DNA of 64,000 nucleotides. Source: Neophaeotheca triangularis (taxonomy: Eukaryota). Both the position numbers and the translations under genes were made by a program. The notes below the pieces were generated by a model. That model worked only from the letters and a program-made list of their open reading frames with translations. It did no database searches and had not been told where the DNA came from. The DNA lies in assembly GCA_054600435.1 (NCBI GenBank), contig BAAIJX010000001.1, forward strand, positions 186,001 through 250,000, read 5' to 3'. Each line of letters starts with the position of its first letter. Positions within the stretch are counted from its first letter, which is position 1. This document shows positions 56,779-64,000 of this stretch, piece by piece.

Positions 56779-58384
56779 CTAACTGCTCATGTAGACATGA
56801 ACCATGCTGCTCTTGCCTGTCAAAGGCTTGCCGCAATCCTCAACCACGCACTTCTTGAGAGGTTTGTCGGTGGCACGCGCCTTGCCTTTACCCTTGGGGT
56901 TCTTCGAAGCATTGCGTTTCTCGGCGCACTCTCCACAATAAGCCTGCGGTATTGTTAGCAACGCATTGTGCACTCATCAACGAAAAGGTCATGCAACTCA
57001 CATGACCGCAACTCTTCACGACCCACACCTGCTGTTTCAGGTCTCCGTCGCCCACAGCCAACTCATCGCCGCAGTTGGGGCACACAACTTCTTCGTCTTC
57101 TCTCGGACTCCTCGTGAAGCCTTCCTTTGCGTCTCCTGGAGCCTTGTACTCTGGGGAAGCTGGACGGTTGCCTCCCAATCCCATGTCAAAAGCGACCTCT
57201 TCATAGTCCATCATACCGATACCCATGCCAAAATCAAGTCGCATCGTCGCATCTTCTCTCCGCTCTCGCTGGCGTGTCGCAATGTCGATGCCGAAATGCT
57301 GTACCGCTCCGCGAAGGTCACCAAGGTGTGGTCTCTGATGATGGTGATGATGATGCCCGTTGCCATGTGCATGATGGTGATGGTGATGGTGATGGTGGCG
57401 GTGACCTTCGTGACGGTTGGTCTGGCGCCCAATTGCGGCCTCATGGAGAGCACGCTCCTCCAGCTCCTCGTTACGGGTTGCTGCGGAGCCCACTCCCATT
57501 CGACGCATAATGTGGTTACGAAGGTGGCCTGGGTGGAGAAGATCGCCTATTTCACCGAATCCGAAGCGCCTCCTAGGTGGGTGAACAGGGTCCGGCGCTG
57601 CAGCGCGATATCCTCCAAATTGAATAGGGCCGCCTGCATTGACGCCATTGTCACGCGTTGTAGTGTTGACGTGAACGACATCATCATCGTCATCCTGAGT
57701 GAGGTCGACTGCCGCTTGCCCTGGTAATGGTGTGAAGCTTCGTGGCAGCGCCATGTTCGGGGTGGGCTGACGGGACATAGTCTGAGGCCGCGATGCTGTT
57801 CGCTCACCAGTGATCTCGAAGTCCTCGGTTTCGGCCATTGGCGGTGAAGGTTGGCGTACGTGTCCTGGTCTACGTAGTCCCGCAAACTGAGGGCGTGGTG
57901 GGTGACCATTCTCACGCATGGTTGTTCGTGCCGCACTCGTACGTCTCTCCTCGTCATCTGAGCTGTCGTCGATTGCAATGATGTTTCTGCCAAATCTCGG
58001 TGGCCTTTGTGCACGCGAATTCCCCTCCGTTGCTCGCGCGTTGCTGTCGTCCTGTTGCATCATTTCTTCGAACATGTGTTGAGCCGGGGGTGGTTGTGGG
58101 ACCGCCTCTTCCGCATCTCCTTCTGTCAAGTCGATAATCTCAGACAAAGCCCCAGAGCGTGTGACACCCCCAGTAGATCCAGCAGCACCCCCACCATGCG
58201 ACATGACCGGTCTCCTATGGTCTACACCATCACCAGCCCAGCGTCTCACGGGTGGTGTTGGCAGGTGAAGGCGGGGACGGGAACTGTCATGGCCATTGTT
58301 GTAGTGTTCATCCTGAGCGCGGGAGATGCGGTCGGGTGAAACGAAGAGGGAATCGGAGTTGTCGGCTTCGGGGGCGGCTGCCAT
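56779..58384 (-). CDS. SIM- and RING-containing SUMO-targeted ubiquitin ligase subunit (Slx5/Rfp1-like)
   Basis: SIM-like IIDLT, IIAIDDS and AVDLT motifs. RING CPNC...CGH|AYCGEC...CVVEDC spans intron 57001-56944. A possible extra 5' exon starts at ATG ~58536. Confidence 0.75.
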
Positions 58385-59460
58385 GGTGTTGCTATAAGAC
58401 CTCTATCGGCGGTATGTAAGTAGTTGTTCTCAGAGTGGGAGAAAGTTGTCAAATCCTTTGGGGAAGCCAAAAAGAGGAGAACAGAGCCGGATGTACGTAC
58501 CTTGAACCTTTCACGACCGGTTCCAAAGCGGTCCATGGTTTTCGCTGGATGAATCGATTGAATTCGTGCAGCGAGCAGTGAATGAGCTGAGTCTAGGCTC
58601 TTGTCTGCTTGTTTTCCATGTGTTGGGCAGGTGAAATAGATCCGGAGGTTGTCGAGATCGAGGTAGTGGTGAGGTAGTGGAGTGGAAGATCGGGGGGCCT
58701 CTCGAGGGGCACGGCGAATGTGAGACCTCTCAAGCTCAGGCCTTGTTGTTGATGTCACTCTAGTCCCTCGTAGAAAAGGACTCGGTGGGCGTGTGCTGCT
58801 GTTTTACGCGGTGAATGGTATAGCAGTGGCTCATAACGGGAGTGTGCTATGGTGACGGGTCTTCGGAGGTGAGGAGAAGTTGACTGCTTTGCGATACAGG
58901 TTGCATGAGCCTCACAAAGGCCGTCTTGCAATTGTCGGAAAGTGCAGGTGGTACCCTGAAGAGGTGAGCGTGACGTCGGAGCTAACTGGCGTTTAACGCC
59001 GACCTCGGAAGGCTTCACTAAAACACAAACCACGTGACTGCAACGGAACAGGGCAGCAACATGGTCGTCACCAGAAGCTTCTGGCTTTGGTGTTGAAACG
59101 TGAAAGGCGTCGAGTGGTAGTCATTTCCACGCATGAAGGGCATTAATGCAGAGTTTCTTGCAAGATCCTAGGCAGCACGGGTGAGAAGCGAAACTTTTGG
59201 CCAGATAATAATCATATTGATACTGGAAGGTACTATCGCCGAGCGCCATGCACGCTGTGCTGCAATCATCTGCAAATTGGCATGCTTGTGCAGCGGCAAA
59301 CCACTGCGTCGCGCTTTAATAAAGCCCCTCTCTGCCGTGTAATGTACAAAGGCTGCAGTGGCACCTTTTAGAGGCTTTGCCAACGTTCTACGCTTCTCCA
59401 AGTGTTTTGTCGTCGCTGAAATCCTCCTCGCACTCAACGCTGGACTCCCAACAGCCATAC

Positions 59461-61056
59461 TCAAACCAGGACCTTGACATTGCCTTCACCATCGAGGGCC
59501 ACGAGGCTCTTCGCATTCGTACCCCACTTGACATCGACAGCACTGATCCCCTTCCTCAAAGGCTCTGACCATGCCTTGTTGCTCTTCGAATACTGGCTGA
59601 CGACGATGCCTCCCGTTCCGCACGCAGCGAGGAATTGACCTGTGTAGTCCCATTGGACTCCAGTAACGGGCGTGCCAATGTCGATGCTCTTGAGAACAGC
59701 GAGCGTGCGAAGGTTGAAGATGGAAATAACGGAGGATCCTTCGTTGGCGGCGGCGAGCCAAGTGCCATTCTCAGAGAAGTTGAGGGATTGAATCGGAGAG
59801 TTTGCTGCAGCTGGGAAGGTGTGGGCGATCGAAGAGGACTTGATGTCATAGAGTCTTACGCTCCCGTCTGCGGCGCCGCATGCGATAAGGTGGCCATCTG
59901 GGTGGAACTCGACCGTGGTGAGGGCTGCTGATTGTTAGCTTGACGTTACGCTTCAGGATTACTATCTCAAACTCGCCTGCGTCGCCGTAGATCTGCGTGA
60001 GCGGCTTAGAGCTATGCAGGTCGTATAGCACGTAGCTCTTGTCCATGCCCACCGAAGCCAAAAGGTCGCCCGATGGATGGACTGCGACAGATGTGGCTGC
60101 ACCGGCGTGCTTTTGGAACTTGGCCTGCACTGCACCCTCCTGAACAACAGCGACGGTACCGCTCGCCGTAGCAACAGCAGGTCTGTCATTGCACCATGCC
60201 CCGTCCAAAATCGCACCAGCACCAACGTTGCTTCTAGTAGTGAATGCGCCCTGCTTCATATCGTAGATTCCCATGGTACCGTCCGAGTCACCGCACACAA
60301 ACAGGTCACCTGATCTATCCACAGCCAGCGACTTCGCGCCTGTGAACTGGCTGTCGATAGTCTGCTTAACATCGTACGCCTGGACGTTCTCCGCGGTAGT
60401 CCACTCCTCCGGCACTGGTCGCTTGCGGCGCGTCGAGGACAACTTCTGCTGTACGTCTTCGATCTTTGCGATAATCTCATCTGGCAGACCCTGTCCATCG
60501 ACTTCCATCGCATCGCCACTTGCGCCATTCGTGCTGCTCGCCGTCACAGTGACCCTCGACAGCGCATCCACAGCTTCATCCCTCTCAGCTTGCAAGCGCG
60601 CAATGACCTTGTAGGCGGCGTCCTGGGTGTACAGCGCAGTGCTCAGCTCTTGCCTTGTTTCGGCCAGGTGCTGCTTGAGCTGGAAAGTCTCGAGGGTTAA
60701 AGCGTCCCACTCATTTTGGAGGGAGGAGAGAAGAGCCGGGATCGAGGAGTGGGTGGGAGGGCGGGGCTTGACTCCCCGGCTTTGCTTCAGGTCCAGGAGG
60801 TCGTCGATGGTAAGCTCTTCGCCATTGACAGGATCTGTGCCATTCTCGGAGATGTAGGCTTCAATGAGTTTGCGCTCGTAGACGTTGCCTTGTGCACGCG
60901 TGAGTCCGTAATCCACGTAGAATCGAAGTTTCAATGCGACTCACCGGACTTGCGCGACGCGACTGGCTGCTGCGGCGCTTCACCCGAAACTGTGTAGTGT
61001 TAGTCAAGCAATCAAAGGCCAACTTCAGCAAGCATATACCTACTTGCGCAAAGCAT
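59461..61056 (-). CDS. PRP19: Pre-mRNA splicing factor / U-box E3 ligase Prp19 (Pso4)
   Basis: Exons 61056-61044, 60989-60945, 60888-59977, 59923-59461. MLCAISGEAP, SIPALLSSLQNEWDA, RQELSTALY, FHPDGHL, FSENGTWL and WDYTGQFL motifs. Confidence 0.95.
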
Positions 61057-61544
61057 GGTGACCGTTGCTTCTTGTCAGAGTAATGTGATTTGACTGTAGC
61101 CCTTAGGTGTAACGAATTGAAGCTTGCACTTTTACAACTGCAGTCTCTCAAACGCGGAGTGACTAACACGAATCGGGACTAGGCATGACTAGTTTGTACT
61201 CGGGATTCTTTCCCTCAAGGTACCTTACTTCCAACTTCAACTCCAGTTGCAAAACTCAATATTCGCGAGACACTTAAGGTGCAGTGACACGTATTACTTG
61301 AATGTTACCAACACGAATTGACAATGGCGTCAATACCTTCTCATCAGTCTTCACGTTTTTTCACATGTCCTCGCGTGCTTGCAAGCGATTTTACTCGGAC
61401 ATGGAATATTTCATTAGACTTTTCATGTCGCATTTCATGAGAGCTACAGCTGCTACATCGCTGTCGCGTGTGCATTAATCAAATCTTGTCAACCACCCCT
61501 GTTCTCCCCGGACTCCGCGCTTCCACTCAGTGTACACAGCCTTC

Positions 61545-62481
61545 TTACAGCTGGTTGGCAGTGTTGAAGTCCTGGAGAGCGACGGCGACACGCTTGCTCA
61601 TGGTCTTCTCACCCTCACGTACCCACACTCTGGGGTCGTAGAACCTGGACAAAGATGTTAGGTACGGATACCTCGAGTGAACTAATAGCAGCGAAACTTA
61701 CTTCTTGTTGGGCTTGTCAGCGCCGTCGGGGTTGCCGACCTGGCTGTTGACGTATTCCTTGTTCTTGATCATGTAGTCGCGGATACCCTCAGTGTAGGCG
61801 TATTGCATGTCGGTGTCGAGGTTGACCTTGCAGACACCGTAGCTGATGGCGTCGAGGTAGTCCTGCTTGCTGGAGCCAGAGCCACCGTGGAAGACGAGGA
61901 AGACGGGCTTGTCGTCCTGGGTCTTCTCCTGCTCGTGGACGTACTGCTGGTGCTTCTGCAACAGCTCGGGCCTCAACTTGACGTTGCCGGGCTTGTAGAC
62001 ACCGTGGACATTGCCGAAACCAGCGGCAATGGAGAAGTAGGGGGAGATGGGCATGAGAGTCTTGTAGATGTTGTGGATGTCCTCGGGCTGAGTGTAGAGG
62101 GAGTTGTTGTCAACGTCCTCGTTGTTGACACCGTCCTCCTCACCACCAGTGATACCGATCTCCATCTCGAGCCACTGCTTCATGGGGGCAGCGCGCTTGA
62201 GGTACTTGGCGGTGGTCTCGATGTTCTCCTGGACGGACTCCTCAGACAAGTCGATCATGTGGGAGGAGAACAGAGGCTCGCCAGTAGCCTTGAAGTTCTT
62301 CTCGTCCTCGACAAGCATGCCATCGAGCCATGGCAGGAGCTTCTTGGCGCAGTGGTCGGTGTGGAGGACGACGGGGATGCCGTATGCGGGGGCAACAGCG
62401 CGGATGTAGTGGGCAGCAGCGGTGCTACCGGCGATGGAAGCGCTCTGGTCCTTGTTGTCGACGCCCTTGCCGGCGAAGTAT

Positions 62482-62519
<38 letters not shown>

Positions 62520-62757
62520 CTTGGAGTCACGGGCAGCCTCGAGCGAAGAGACGACGGTCGAAGAGCTGGTAACGTTGATGGCGGGAATGGCGTACTTCTT
62601 CTCCTGCGCGTGCTTGAAGAGCTGTGAAAGGCCAACGTCAGTGGATTTCCCTTTGGGTTTCCCGTCTCAATGGCAGGGGGAGAGGGGGGAGACGTACAGC
62701 CTTCACGTCATCGCCGTAGATGACACCGGACTTGCGAGACAGAACGCTGGTAGCCAT
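61545..62757 (-). CDS. FBA1: Class II fructose-bisphosphate aldolase
   Basis: Three exons (62757-62698, 62621-61702, ~61645-61545). AIPAINVTSSST, LHTDHCAKKLLPW, EMEIGITGGEEDG, FHGGSGS and YDPRVWVREGEK motifs; strong codon bias. Confidence 0.97.
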
Positions 62758-63460
62758 TGTGATGTGTTTTTGTTTTGGTATGGGGTTGATGGGTAAAAGT
62801 GAGTTGCTTGAAGCTGTTGGGTATAAGAGTTGTTGTGTAGTTGGAGTGAATGAGAAAGAAGAAGACGTCGTTGGTGCTGGGCAGTGAAAGAATAATTAAG
62901 GTCGAGCAGTGACGCTCACCTGGGCACCCTTCGACGTCAGGTGGGGGTAAGAGGGGCAAAACTTAACCCCCGAGCCCGACTTTCGGCGAATGAGAGGGCT
63001 GCGGTCGTTCTGCGGTGCTTCGGTGAATTCAGTTTCTGCAAATCCGCCTCGAGACCAAACGATCGATCTCTCAACTATTCGTGTCTCCGGCTGGGCAAAA
63101 AGGGGGATGTTGTTGGTCAAGGCTTGTGCATGTCTCTTTCTGGGTCCTTCTGATGTAGCATTGAGGTCAGCAGTAATAACAATAATATGGATGCTGCCTC
63201 ATTATGACTTGCCGACCACGATAATGTGGATGTCCTACCTTGCTATCAGAAAGGCGTTAATCATATTGGTCGTTACCTTACAGTACACATGTCTTCTTCC
63301 GTTCTTTGCCGATTGTTACAGGACAAGAATAAGATCCGGTTCTGGCCATGCTTGCTGTAGGTAGCCACATCAATTAATCCATCAATCACACACCACACCA
63401 CCACCACACGTCAAGGAGCGCAGACAGCGCAAGGATGGATATGCCGCATCAAGGGGCCTT

Positions 63461-64000
63461 CTAGCCTGCTACGATCTTGTTATAGGAGTATTCCCGACCT
63501 ATGAGCCTCGGAAGACATACTCCGCAGGACGCTTCCATTCTTCCATACCGGAAAGTGTCGATTTCCCCTATGGAGGCAGCAGAGAAGTTTAGAAGCCTCC
63601 CAAGATTGTCGGAGTTTCGACTACGAAATATCCCTTGACTCGCTTGAATGGGTTGACCTCTTCCAGTGCGAGTGATTACAGCGACCATATTTAGCTCCAC
63701 GTCGACGACTTCTCCAACGTCTTCAACGGGCTCCACATGGCACGAGAAACAGCAAAGGTATTGAGCGAACGAAAGGGAGGTGTTAGAAGCCATCTTACAT
63801 ACGAATGAAAAGACGCCGTAAGAGTTTTGCAAAACTACTGTACTGCCTTGGCAGGTAATTGTTGAAAAATGCATCAAGTTCCAAGTGAGCAGCGAAGCTG
63901 TTCCTGATGCAGAGGCGCAATTTGAAGGACGAAGTCAACCGCTCCAGGTCGTCACCTTCTGGACTCAAGGCCCAATCAACGTGAGCTCTATATTTTCTTT
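63461..64000 (-). CDS. Possible 3' end of an unidentified gene entering from beyond the window
   Basis: Open frame AHVDWALSPEGDDLERL...LLRRLFI ends at a GTATGT donor (~63800), and a second open frame ends at TAG 63461. No family recognised. Confidence 0.25.

Noticed and set aside
729..61056. DNA-damage gene cluster (PARG, CDT2, STUbL, PRP19)
   Set aside because: The genes are spread over 60 kb among unrelated housekeeping genes, and no shared motif is visible.
61803..62627. 274-aa plus-strand ORF
   Set aside because: Antisense shadow of highly biased FBA1.

Overview
Gene-dense eukaryotic DNA from a filamentous ascomycete (Pezizomycotina; Dothideomycete-like by protein style, not certain). 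Short spliceosomal introns with CTRAC/CTCAC branch points break many genes, so the ORF track fragments them; I rebuilt exon structures by eye. There are about 22 intact genes, mostly conserved housekeeping: bacterial-type PARG (DUF2263), OAC1, SWD2, RRP5, CDT2, TUF1, EHD3, short kinesin-3, TRM3, DHA1 MFS, bestrophin-like, VPS16, Mtc2-like, OPY1-like, SMP-30 lactonase, UVRAG/VPS38, C2H2 TF, SPB1, YML020W-like, PHS1, SLX5/Rfp1-like STUbL subunit, PRP19 and FBA1. Many sit in tight head-to-head pairs. I found no intact transposon, CRISPR, rRNA or tRNA. The unexplained items are: a ~400-nt nested-helix candidate structured RNA between SWD2 and RRP5; a decayed C2H2 zinc-finger relic; a frameshifted secreted orphan; a recurring C/A-to-G/T skew inversion a few hundred bp before stop codons; and non-canonical splice signals concentrated in PRP19. 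All family calls come from motif recognition by eye; no searches were run.
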